Origin: Candidatus Latescibacterota bacterium
GTDB lineage: Bacteria; Latescibacterota; CBDEFO01
Assembly (NCBI GenBank): GCA_965248755.1
Contig: OZ252149.1
Location: forward strand, 3,680,001 to 3,744,000
Direction: 5' to 3'
Length of the DNA: 64,000 nt
In this document: piece by piece, positions 40,416-50,047 of the stretch
Layout: each line of letters starts with the position of its first letter
How positions within the stretch are numbered: the first letter of the stretch is position 1
Made by a program: the position numbers and the translations under genes
The notes under the pieces: model-generated
Databases searched by the model: none
Told to the model about the DNA's origin: nothing
Seen by the model: the letters and a program-made list of their open reading frames with translations, nothing else

Positions 40416-42074
40416 ATGAAGAAGCGATTTGTATATTTACTGGCTTTATCTGCTGTAACAGCACATTTGCTATGCCTGTCCGCAAGCGAACCAGAAGAGG
40501 GAAAGGTCAGTCTCGTCGTCCAGATAACAGTTGACCAGTTCCGGGGCGATATTCCCCTGCGCTTCAAGAACCACTTCGGTCCTAACGGGTTCAGGTATTT
40601 GATGGAACAAGGGGTGTACTACACCAACGTCCACTACCAGCATTCAACCACTGTTACAGCAGTCGGGCATGCGACCCTGTTCACCGGAGGTCACACGGCA
40701 CAACATGGTATAGTCGGAAATGACTGGATCGATCTTGAGACCGGGAGACGCGTCGCCTGTGTGGAAGATGACAGGCACACGGTCATCGGTGAGAAGGCCA
40801 AAGCCCATAAAGGAACTTCGCCACGTAACCTGACGTCCAGCACGATCGGGGATGAGTTGGTGTTGGCATCGGGGGGTAAGTCGAGGGTATTCAATGTCTC
40901 ATTCAAAGACAGGGCAGCTATCATTCAGGGCGGACACCTGGGCAAGGCATTTTGGTTCTCGAAGAGTTCGGGTGAATTCGTCAGCAGCACCTACTATTAT
41001 GATGACTATCCAGAGTGGGTGGTGGTTTGGAACAAGGCCAAGCGTGTGGATAAATTCAGAGATCAGCCATGGGTACTCATGGATGATAAGGAATCCTACT
41101 TCTACAGTAATGCAGACGACAGGCCTTTTGAAAAATCCTACAAGAAGTTAGGACGGACGTTTCCCCACGCTCTCAACAATGTGAAGGACGAGGTCTACTA
41201 TGGAACCTTGACGTTCACCCCATTCGGCGACGAATTGACGCAGGCTTTTGCCAAAGGGTTAATAAGGTGGGAAAGACTGGGGCAAGGCGATGCCATCGAT
41301 ATGTTGTCCATCAGCTTTTCCTCGACCGACCGTATCGGCCACGCTTTTGGACCGCAGAGCCTTGAATATGAAGACAATGTGTTGCGACTCGATGCCTTAC
41401 TAGCGGATCTATTCGCCTATATTGACGAGACCGTGGGGCTGGATCGGACTGTTATCGTGCTTTCCTCCGACCATGGCACCGACGAGATCCCGGAATTCAA
41501 GCAAAGTTTGGGGTTTGAGGCAGGACGTCACTATCCGAAGCAGTTTATCGAGTCAGCCAATGCTGCTTTGCAGAGACGTTTTAATAGTATTGAGGATTTT
41601 ATCCTGGCTTTTTGGAATCCCGGCCTCTACCTCAATCTCGAAACCGTCCAGAAGCTCGGCCTTGACCCGGTAACGATAGAAAAAGCCCTAGCTGAAGAAA
41701 TGCTCAAGGTTCCCGGGATCGCGTATGCCGTGACCCGGTCTGACCTGTTGACCGGGAACGTGGCAAATATCCCCATCATGCACAGGGTACAGCGGGCGTT
41801 TCATCCGAAGCGGTCCGGCAACGTGATCATCATCCAGGATCAGTTCTGGTATCTCCACCCAAAGGCAGAAACATACTCGGCGATGCACGGTTCGCCGTAT
41901 AGTTATGATACCTATGTCCCGATTATGTTGACCGGTCCGAGTATCAAACCGAAGATGGTCCATCGCCAGGTGGCGCCGTCGGATATCGCCCCGTCACTGG
42001 CCTCCTATCTGGGCATCAAACCACCATCCGGATCTGCCGGTACGCCCCTTGTTGAGATGCTCGATGACCGATAG
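40416..42074 (+). CDS. Alkaline phosphatase superfamily protein (PafA-like)
   Basis: TVDQFR, TVTAVGHA, GHAFGP, SSDHG, HGSPYSYD; signal peptide. Confidence 0.88.
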   Translation: MKKRFVYLLALSAVTAHLLCLSASEPEEGKVSLVVQITVDQFRGDIPLRFKNHFGPNGFRYLMEQGVYYTNVHYQHSTTVTAVGHATLFTGGHTAQHGIVGNDWIDLETGRRVACVEDDRHTVIGEKAKAHKGTSPRNLTSSTIGDELVLASGGKSRVFNVSFKDRAAIIQGGHLGKAFWFSKSSGEFVSSTYYYDDYPEWVVVWNKAKRVDKFRDQPWVLMDDKESYFYSNADDRPFEKSYKKLGRTFPHALNNVKDEVYYGTLTFTPFGDELTQAFAKGLIRWERLGQGDAIDMLSISFSSTDRIGHAFGPQSLEYEDNVLRLDALLADLFAYIDETVGLDRTVIVLSSDHGTDEIPEFKQSLGFEAGRHYPKQFIESANAALQRRFNSIEDFILAFWNPGLYLNLETVQKLGLDPVTIEKALAEEMLKVPGIAYAVTRSDLLTGNVANIPIMHRVQRAFHPKRSGNVIIIQDQFWYLHPKAETYSAMHGSPYSYDTYVPIMLTGPSIKPKMVHRQVAPSDIAPSLASYLGIKPPSGSAGTPLVEMLDDR

Positions 42075-42189
42075 ATGCTTGAAACAAGTACGTTGTGCTG
42101 ACAATCTCATTCGTTGAGTAGGTTCTGGGCAAGAGCAGCGCATTAGCCGTCGCCGCCAATGGTGACGCCTTCTGAAAGGAGAATGCAAC

Positions 42190-43317
42190 ATGGCCAGTGA
42201 ACACACGAATGAAAGTTCGTTTTTTGGCAATAAGCTCGGAGATAACCTGAAGAAGCTCTTCAGGTCTTGGCTCATTTACGGGCGGGAAGACGGGGCCAAA
42301 ATTCCGACAGCCGGGATCGTGCTGGTAGCTGGGATCGTACTGGTCACGATTTTCTATAACCTATTCTTGGTTTACGTGCAGCCCAATGAGTACGGGATCA
42401 AGGTGAACCGAGTTGGCCTGACCCGTGGCGTTCAAAAAGAGGTTTATCATGCGGGCCTGACTTTTGTTCTGCCTTTCGGATTGCAGCAAATGTACCGGCT
42501 ACCCAAAGTTATCCAGGTGCTGGAGTTGACCGACTCTCCCCGGACCGCCGCAAAGGGGGCGAGGCAAGAGCGGGCGGCCCATATTCAGACCTCTGACGGC
42601 TTTTTCGTGGACGTGGATGTCTCCATACTCTACCACATCACGGATCCCTACCTGGTTTTTACGACCATCGGCCCCGGAACCCTCTATGAGGACAATGGCA
42701 TCATTCCCAAGGCCGAAGCGGCCTTGAAAGAGACCCTGGGAAAGTTGACCACCGAAGAATTTTACAACAGCCCGATGCGGGTTCAAAAAACGGAAGAGGC
42801 CAAGGAGAGACTCAACAGAGAATTGAATTTAAAAGGCCTCGAAGTTGACCAGATGCTGGTGCGCTATTTTAAATACAGTCAGGAAATCCAGAAAAACATA
42901 GAGGAGAAGAAGCTTCAGGACCAGATGGTTTTCACGAACCAGGCGGCCGCCCGGGCGGCCAAGGAAGAGGCCGAGTTAAAGAAAATCATTCAGGAGGGGG
43001 TGGTCACTGTCGCCGTTGAGCTTGAAAAGGGCAAAGCCTATGTGACCCGGAAGACCGCCGAGAAGGATTTTTATGTTCGCAAGAAGAAAGCGGAGGCCGA
43101 CCTGCTGGTGAAGCTGGCGGAAGCAGAACGAGTGCGCCTGAAAAACAATGCGCTGAAAGGGATCGGCTCCGAGCGCATGGTGGCGCTGAAGATGGCCGAT
43201 GCTTACAAAGGTCTGGAGGTTATCATCCTGCCCAGCGATGGCCCGAACGGGGTCAACCCATTGGACTTGAACAAAACCTTGCGATTGTTCGACGTTCGCA
43301 AAGGAGGTGGCAAATGA
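42190..43317 (+). CDS. SPFH/band-7 domain membrane protein
   Basis: N-terminal TM, QTSDGFFVDVDVS, coiled-coil C-terminus. Confidence 0.8.
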   Translation: MASEHTNESSFFGNKLGDNLKKLFRSWLIYGREDGAKIPTAGIVLVAGIVLVTIFYNLFLVYVQPNEYGIKVNRVGLTRGVQKEVYHAGLTFVLPFGLQQMYRLPKVIQVLELTDSPRTAAKGARQERAAHIQTSDGFFVDVDVSILYHITDPYLVFTTIGPGTLYEDNGIIPKAEAALKETLGKLTTEEFYNSPMRVQKTEEAKERLNRELNLKGLEVDQMLVRYFKYSQEIQKNIEEKKLQDQMVFTNQAAARAAKEEAELKKIIQEGVVTVAVELEKGKAYVTRKTAEKDFYVRKKKAEADLLVKLAEAERVRLKNNALKGIGSERMVALKMADAYKGLEVIILPSDGPNGVNPLDLNKTLRLFDVRKGGGK

Positions 43318-44345
43318 AGCTCTTTTCTGTCTCGTCATTTGCAATGGTGGCCCTGCTCGCCTTGACCGGTTTTGTTATCACCCATACGACGGGAGAGACA
43401 GAGGTGGGTGTTCGAACCCACAAAGTCTCTTTTTTCGGCCAGAAGGGCGTTGAAGACCGGGTCTACGCTCCGGGCTCCACCTACTTTTTCCTTCCGTTTA
43501 TCAATGACTGGCATGTGTTTGACACCAAACTGCAGAACCTGGAGATGACGTATTTACCAATGAGAGGCGACCGCAGAACCAGAGACGACCTGCTGTTAAA
43601 AACAATTGACGGTAACGACATCCATCTCGACGTTATCATTGCCTATCGCATTGATGCGAACAAGGCCCACCATATTCTCCAGTACGTAGCTGATGACGAC
43701 CTCACCTTACGGGAGAAAATTGTTCGAACCGTTGCCCGAAGCAAACCACGAGACATCTTCGGTGAACTCAAAACGGAAGCGTTCTATGTGGCCGATGCTC
43801 GCGAGAGGCAAGCCAATAAAGCCAAAAAGGCGCTTCAGAACATCCTGGGCCCCATGGGCATTATAGTGGAAAAAGTGCTGACCAAGGACTATCGTTTCAA
43901 TCCTGCGTATCAGAAGGCCATCGAGGACAAGAAGGTGGCCGATCAGCAGGTGGAGAAGAACAGGTCTGCCCAGCACGCAGCCCTGGAAGAATACAAACGC
44001 AAACTGGAAGAGGCCCGGGGTAAGGTCAATCAGATGGTGGCCAACGCCGATGGTGACTACCTTAAGGCTAAGATTAAGGCCGATGTGTACGAAGAGCAGC
44101 AACAGCTCCTTGCCAAGGCCATTAAGGTCGAAGGGATTGCGGAAGCGAACGGTATACAGGAAATGAACAAGGCCCTTGCCGGATCGGGTGGCGAAGCGAT
44201 TGTGAAACTAAGAATCGCTGAAGCGATTCAAGGAAAGCGTATCGTGCTGCTGCCTGTGTCAGAGGGTGGGATGAATCTCAAGACCACAGATATCAACGGG
44301 CTAATCCAAATGTTAGGCATCAAAGCGCTCTCCAAAGCGCGATGA
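43314..44345 (+). CDS. SPFH/band-7 domain membrane protein (paralog, translationally coupled)
   Basis: KTIDGNDIHLDV, AIEDKKVA coiled coil; ATGA overlap. Confidence 0.8.
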   Translation: MKLFSVSSFAMVALLALTGFVITHTTGETEVGVRTHKVSFFGQKGVEDRVYAPGSTYFFLPFINDWHVFDTKLQNLEMTYLPMRGDRRTRDDLLLKTIDGNDIHLDVIIAYRIDANKAHHILQYVADDDLTLREKIVRTVARSKPRDIFGELKTEAFYVADARERQANKAKKALQNILGPMGIIVEKVLTKDYRFNPAYQKAIEDKKVADQQVEKNRSAQHAALEEYKRKLEEARGKVNQMVANADGDYLKAKIKADVYEEQQQLLAKAIKVEGIAEANGIQEMNKALAGSGGEAIVKLRIAEAIQGKRIVLLPVSEGGMNLKTTDINGLIQMLGIKALSKAR

Positions 44346-44572
44346 CGGTGGTGATTGTAGATTTAGCTCCAAACTTTACCAGCATATCCTTGAGCAGGTA
44401 GCGATGGCAGAACAAATCTGCCCGGCAATAGCAGGCAAGGATCATGTTGAGGACCTCATCCCACGTTTGCCTGTTATCATGATAGCTCTCCCGCATCATC
44501 TTATAATATTCATGTTAGAATATCTCGAGAGTGCTTTAGCCGTTTGTAGTCTCAATCCGAGGAGAATCACGA

Positions 44573-45724
44573 GTGCCAGATGTTCAAGTCATAGTCGAAG
44601 CTGGAGATCAAGATAGGGAATTCTGCCCAGTTATGGCGGAATTAGATAGCAAGCCAAACTTTGTTCAGCTTCAGTCGCTGGAGACCGGAGGCGTTATCCC
44701 CGCTCAGGTTCAAAGATCTAGCGACGGGGCGGCGACGGTTATCCGCTGGATAGTCGAAGACCTCAAAGCTGGAGAACGGGAAAACTATATCCTCCTAATG
44801 GATGTGCCCCCCGGAGGGAAAGAGGGCGTAAGTGTAAATTATATCCCCGACCAAAAGATCGAATTCCACATAGATGGAGAACTCTTTACGTCCTACTGCT
44901 TTGCAGAAGAGCTTTCAAGGCCCTATCTTTATCCTTTAATAGGGCCCTGTGGTGATCCTGTAACCAGGAGACTTGCCACGCCAGAGGACACAGACGACGA
45001 GGAGATGGACCATCATCACCATCGGGGCATCTGGGTGGCCTACGGCGATGCCGACGGCACGGACAACTGGGGAGAGGGGGAAGGATACGGTAAGACAGTA
45101 CACACGGAATTTGAATCCGTAGAAGAAGGGCCTGTCTTTTCTCGAATTTCCGCCAAGAGCGACTGGGTGTCAAAGGACGAAACTAAGATAATGGAGGAGA
45201 GAAGGGTTCATACAATCTACAGGCTCCCACAGGGCTTCAGAGCCATAGATATGGAGATCAGGTTCACAGCCACGGGGAAAGACATCCGCTTCGGAGATAC
45301 CGAAGAGGGAGGAATAGCCTCGATAAGGGTCGTGCCCAGCTTGGAAGTCAGACGCGGGGGAAAGATGCAAAACTCTCGTGGGGAGATAAACGAAAAAGAG
45401 ATGTGGGGAAAGGAGGCTGAATGGTGCGACTACTCCGGCCCTGTGGAAGGCAAAACAGTGGGAATTGCCATATTTGAATCACCCCAAAGTTTTCGGCATC
45501 CGACCCGCTGGCACGCAAGAGACTACGGCCTTTTGACGACAAATCCCTTTGCAGTTGGAACGTTTACGGGCGATCTCAATAAAAGAGGCGACTACATATT
45601 GAAGCAAGGGGAGTCTATAGATTTCTACTACCGCTTCTACATACACAAAGGGGATGCAACCGAAGGGAAGGTAGCGGAGAAATACAGAGACTTCGTCAAT
45701 CCACCCGAGGTATATGTGGGGTAA
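44573..45724 (+). CDS. PmoA/DUF6807-like beta-sandwich protein
   Basis: RPYLYPL, DHHHHRGIW, WCDYSG, WHARDYGL. Confidence 0.7.
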   Translation: MPDVQVIVEAGDQDREFCPVMAELDSKPNFVQLQSLETGGVIPAQVQRSSDGAATVIRWIVEDLKAGERENYILLMDVPPGGKEGVSVNYIPDQKIEFHIDGELFTSYCFAEELSRPYLYPLIGPCGDPVTRRLATPEDTDDEEMDHHHHRGIWVAYGDADGTDNWGEGEGYGKTVHTEFESVEEGPVFSRISAKSDWVSKDETKIMEERRVHTIYRLPQGFRAIDMEIRFTATGKDIRFGDTEEGGIASIRVVPSLEVRRGGKMQNSRGEINEKEMWGKEAEWCDYSGPVEGKTVGIAIFESPQSFRHPTRWHARDYGLLTTNPFAVGTFTGDLNKRGDYILKQGESIDFYYRFYIHKGDATEGKVAEKYRDFVNPPEVYVG

Positions 45725-45863
45725 GGAAAATATGCTTACCGATTCACAGGGTCGGAAACTATATGATCACACCAACGTCTAAGTAGAATAGATTGGAACG
45801 TCAGTCCAAAGAGCGTCCTTTGCCGGGAGGGACGATTAAGTTTCAAAGTTAAGGAGAAATAAT

Positions 45864-46892
45864 ATGCTTCAAGTTCTACTATCCCTCCGAGTAAAGTTCC
45901 TGTTGGCCCTTCTTCTGCTGATCTCAGGCGCTGCGAGCATATTGTTCGTCTCTCTATCTGAGGGCAGGAACAGAGATATAGTATATGTCCTCCCCAAGGA
46001 CGCAATCCCGGCTATCACAGATCCCGGATTTATCTCTGCCAAGGAGGCTGAGGTCGAAGGCGACTCACCCTTTATAGGAGTCACTTTCAACGACGAAAGC
46101 CACGCCTATTCTATGAACATCCTCAACCGCCACGAAATTGTAAATGACGTTGTAGGTGGAGAGGAAATAGCCACAACGTGGTGACCGCTCTGCGGCACGG
46201 CTATAGTCTATAGCCGAAGACTTGAGGGAGGTACATATACGTTTGGAGTCTCCGGAAAGCTCTACAAGAATGGTCTTGTTATGTACGATCATCAGACCGA
46301 AACTCTATGGTCCCAGCTCACAGGCCAAGCCATAGAGGGGCCTCTGGTGGGCAGACAGCTCAAGATGCTGGCCGCTATGCCCAAGATGAGATGGCAAGAC
46401 TGGATAAATGCGTACCCGGAAACGCAGGTGCTGGTCGTAAATGGGAGGTCAGATTCAAGGTACGATTCTTACGAGGACTACCATCGCTCCGGAAGGACAG
46501 GGCTTGGGTCGCCTCAAAATACAGATCGCCGCGTCGGATCCAAGGATATGGTGATAGGCGTCGTGGTTGACGGTCACTACAAGGCATATCCCTTTAAGGC
46601 CTTCAGAAAGACCACGACTATACGGGACGAGTTTGCCGGAAGGAGGCTCATCGTCTTTTACGACGAAGATTCAAACGCGACAGCGGTATATGACGGGGCG
46701 TTTGACGGGCAACTGTTGGCATTTGACGAAATCACAGAGGGTTCAACAGCCAGCGATAGTAACACCGGGAACCTCTGGAACCTCGTAACCGGCAGGAACA
46801 CAGCAGGCGAAAGCCTCGAACGGATTCCCCATATGAACGTCTATTGGTTCGCCTGGTACGACTTTCATCCAGAGACGCAGTTGTATAAATAG
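45864..46892 (+). CDS. DUF3179 protein, probable selenoprotein (UGA=Sec at 46182-46184)
   Basis: In-frame read-through TTW-U-PLCGTAIVY...FGVSGKLYKNGLVMYDHQTETLWSQ; hairpin 46198-46216 downstream of the UGA. Confidence 0.85.
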
Positions 46893-47121
46893 TAGAACAG
46901 TAGTCCCCGATAGATTCAATTGGGGGTGGACAGTAGACAGGGGCACTGCTTCCCCTCCCACCAGATTGCTTCGGGGTGCAGCTCCTCGCAATGACTAGGG
47001 GTCTGGACAAGTACTGTCATTGCAAGCGACAGCGAAGCGATCTCGTAGACAGTAGTTGTGGGTTGCGCACGGGGAGTCCCTGTCTACTGTTTGCTGATTA
47101 CTTACACAGGGAGATAAGGAA

Positions 47122-48276
47122 TTGAGAAGGGTCTATTTAGATCACAACGCTACAACACCTGTGCATCCGGAAGCTCTGGAGGCTATGCTCTTATACTACA
47201 GGGAGCACTACGGCAACGCCTCCAGCATACACGCCTTCGGGAGAGATGCCAGAGCCGCAGTAGATGAGTCTCGCGAGACCATAGCCAGTGCCATAAACGC
47301 TAACTTTGGGGAGATATACTTCACAAGCGGAGGTACCGAGTCCGACAACCTGGCCATAAAGGGCACAGCGTTATATAACAGAGATAGGGGAAAGCACATA
47401 ATCACAAGCTCAGTAGAACACCACGCCGTCCTTCACTCGTGCGAGTACCTCGAAAAGGAGGGCTTTGAGGTTACGTATCTCCCTGTGGACAGAGACGCTG
47501 TTGTGGACCCGGACGACTTCAAAAAAGCCATAAGAGTCGATACCGTCCTGATCACCTTAATGCACGCCAACAACGAAGTCGGGGCCATTCAGCCCGTAAG
47601 CCAGATAGGCCGGATAGCAAGAGAAAGGGGCATCCCGTTTCACACAGATGCTGTGCAGTCCTTTGCCAAACTCCCGATAGATGTGGAGCAAATGAACATA
47701 GACCTCCTCTCTCTTTCAGGGCACAAGATCTATGGCCCGAAGGGGATCGGTGTTCTCTATATCCGGGAGGGAATAAAGCTAACGCCCCTTTCGCACGGCG
47801 GAGAACATGAAGGTAACAAAAGGGCAGGCACGGAAAACGTGCCCGCTATAGCAGGACTCGGCAGGGCCGCCGAGCTATGTCTTAAAGGTATGGATGCGGA
47901 ATATAAGCGGCTGAAAGCTCTAAAAGAGAGGCTCTATAGACTAATAACCGATGAGATAGGAGATGTGATACTCAACGGGTCCCTTGAAAATTCTCTGCCT
48001 AATACGCTGAATCTCTCATTTACCGCCGCAGAGGGCGAATCTCTCATAATAAGCCTCGATCTGGAAGGCGTTGCTCTTTCCAGCGGATCGGCCTGCAGCG
48101 CGGGAGTCGAGCAACCCTCGCACGTCCTTTTAGCTATGGGCCTCGAACCTCGCCTTGCCGAGTGCTCCGTTCGTTTCAGCCTCGGAAGGGACAACACTCT
48201 TGAGGACATAGAATACACAGCAAGCGTGCTTTCTCCCATAGTCAAAAGACTCAGGGAGATCTCAGTGTTCGCCTGA
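47122..48276 (+). CDS. Cysteine desulfurase (IscS/NifS type)
   Basis: YLDHNATT, FTSGGTESDN, SGHKIYGPKG, SSGSAC. Confidence 0.93.
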   Translation: MRRVYLDHNATTPVHPEALEAMLLYYREHYGNASSIHAFGRDARAAVDESRETIASAINANFGEIYFTSGGTESDNLAIKGTALYNRDRGKHIITSSVEHHAVLHSCEYLEKEGFEVTYLPVDRDAVVDPDDFKKAIRVDTVLITLMHANNEVGAIQPVSQIGRIARERGIPFHTDAVQSFAKLPIDVEQMNIDLLSLSGHKIYGPKGIGVLYIREGIKLTPLSHGGEHEGNKRAGTENVPAIAGLGRAAELCLKGMDAEYKRLKALKERLYRLITDEIGDVILNGSLENSLPNTLNLSFTAAEGESLIISLDLEGVALSSGSACSAGVEQPSHVLLAMGLEPRLAECSVRFSLGRDNTLEDIEYTASVLSPIVKRLREISVFA

Positions 48277-48374
48277 GACTTGATCTTGCAGGAGTCGCCG
48301 CTTTCGTCATCTTATGACTATGTGTCAGTTGAGAAGGCGCTCTACATTTCATTTGAGAAGATGCTCTACAATGG

Positions 48375-48842
48375 CTATTTCAGACTCATAAGATAATCCA
48401 CTGTAGAATTCAGACGCTCCTGGGGAACAGTAAGGTAGCTCGGCATCTTTGCTTCGGGATTATCGAACTTGGGATCCTTCAGATACGTCAAGAACCATAG
48501 CCTTACCTTCTCCTTTCCCTGCTCTTGTCCAAGTCGAGCATAGGTGTCTTTATGCCTTTGATATATCCTGCTGTTACTCTCCTTTATCTTTTCTAGCCTG
48601 TCCCAGTATTCCTTCGAATTCAGGCGATTCTGTATCTTGGTGGCCACGTGCGTCAGAGCGGGAGCTCTTTTTCCGCCTCTTCCATTTACGCTGTGGCACG
48701 ACGTGCATCCCAGAGCCTTGAAGTTCCATGCTCCCTTCTCAAGTGGGGTTGTGTGCTCCGGCTCTCCTGATAGCTTTGCTAATACGAGGACAATAACCAC
48801 CAAGCCTGCGGATATCCCAGCAAATAACCATACTTTTTTCAT
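48375..48842 (-). CDS. Monoheme c-type cytochrome
   Basis: N-terminal anchor, CTSCH, AKMP distal Met. Confidence 0.8.
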   Translation of the reverse strand: MKKVWLFAGISAGLVVIVLVLAKLSGEPEHTTPLEKGAWNFKALGCTSCHSVNGRGGKRAPALTHVATKIQNRLNSKEYWDRLEKIKESNSRIYQRHKDTYARLGQEQGKEKVRLWFLTYLKDPKFDNPEAKMPSYLTVPQERLNSTVDYLMSLK

Positions 48843-48982
48843 AGAGATTTCACTTTCGAGAAGCTACTGTCAGGTCAAAATAGTACGTACAAACTATAGA
48901 AATGCACAATAGTAGGCACGTTCCCGATTGAGTCTATCGGGGATCGCCCCTACATTGGATCCCAACTTGAGGCGACCTATGA

Positions 48983-49882
48983 TCACAGTTGTCTAACAGG
49001 ATTGGAAAGGACGCCTATATTCTCTATCTCTATCTCCACACGGTCGCCCTCCTTGAGGGCAAGGTCGTTGGGAACCATTATCCCTGTGCCGGTCGATACG
49101 GCAGTCCCCACCGGTATATAGTTATCCCTTAGAAGATATTCGGTCAGCTCCTCCAATTTCCTGTCTAAGAGAGAGGAACTGACGGATTCCTCAAACGCCA
49201 TCTTCCCGCCTTTGAATATGCGGCATGAGATATTCAGATCGTAGGGATCTTCTATCTCAGACGAAGTTACAAGTACAGGCCCCAGGGCACAGCAGCCGAG
49301 ATATATCTTGGACTGAGGGAGATAGAGGGGATTGTCTCTTTCTATATCCCACGCGGAAACGTCGTTGCAGACGGTGTATCCGACAATTTGACCATCTTTT
49401 CCAAGGACGTATGCTAATTCAGCTTCTACGGCTGTGATACTGGAGTCGCTGCGTATGCAGATGCAGCCGTTGGGACCGACGCACCTTTCGGGGGTGGCTT
49501 TGAAGAAGAGTTCCGGCCTTTGGCTGTTATAGACCCTGGCGTATATGTCCTCTTGAGCATCTCTATCCCTTTCGTCGGCGCTCCTCTTGTACGTCACTCC
49601 AAAGGCCCAGACCTCAGGCGGATATAGCGGAATCTCAAGATAGGCTTTGGAACTATCGGGGGCGACGTTTAGTTCGGCGTAGGAGAATTCATCAGCGTCT
49701 TTTCCGTTCAGAGCACCCTCTACAATCTCCTCAATGGCCAGATCATCGTCACAGCTCTTTATCAATATATCGTTGACTGTGCTAAGCCCAGAATCAGCCG
49801 AGGTTATATCCTTTATAGTATCGCCTTCTAAGATGCCTGCTCTGACCCCGGAATCGGGCAGATGAAATTGAACTAGTTTCAT
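48983..49882 (-). CDS. Fumarylacetoacetate hydrolase family protein
   Basis: RPELFFKA, EAELA, CNDVSAWDIE, STGTG. Confidence 0.9.
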   Translation of the reverse strand: MKLVQFHLPDSGVRAGILEGDTIKDITSADSGLSTVNDILIKSCDDDLAIEEIVEGALNGKDADEFSYAELNVAPDSSKAYLEIPLYPPEVWAFGVTYKRSADERDRDAQEDIYARVYNSQRPELFFKATPERCVGPNGCICIRSDSSITAVEAELAYVLGKDGQIVGYTVCNDVSAWDIERDNPLYLPQSKIYLGCCALGPVLVTSSEIEDPYDLNISCRIFKGGKMAFEESVSSSLLDRKLEELTEYLLRDNYIPVGTAVSTGTGIMVPNDLALKEGDRVEIEIENIGVLSNPVRQL

Positions 49883-50047
49883 TGTGTTTGCTCCTATGCT
49901 CAAGCCGCATTTTCAAAAGCTCTGTGAATCCCTACCAAACGTGGAAGGATCTTAACAATTACACACTTACATGCATGACTAGCGAAAGTGAACAGAGGCA
50001 TGAAACACTTGGTGAGGAGTTCCTTGATGTTTCTGACAGTGCGTGAG

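Noticed and set aside
44573..45724. Particulate methane monooxygenase subunit
   Set aside because: Soluble protein with no transmembrane helices and no pmoB/pmoC; the family name is misleading
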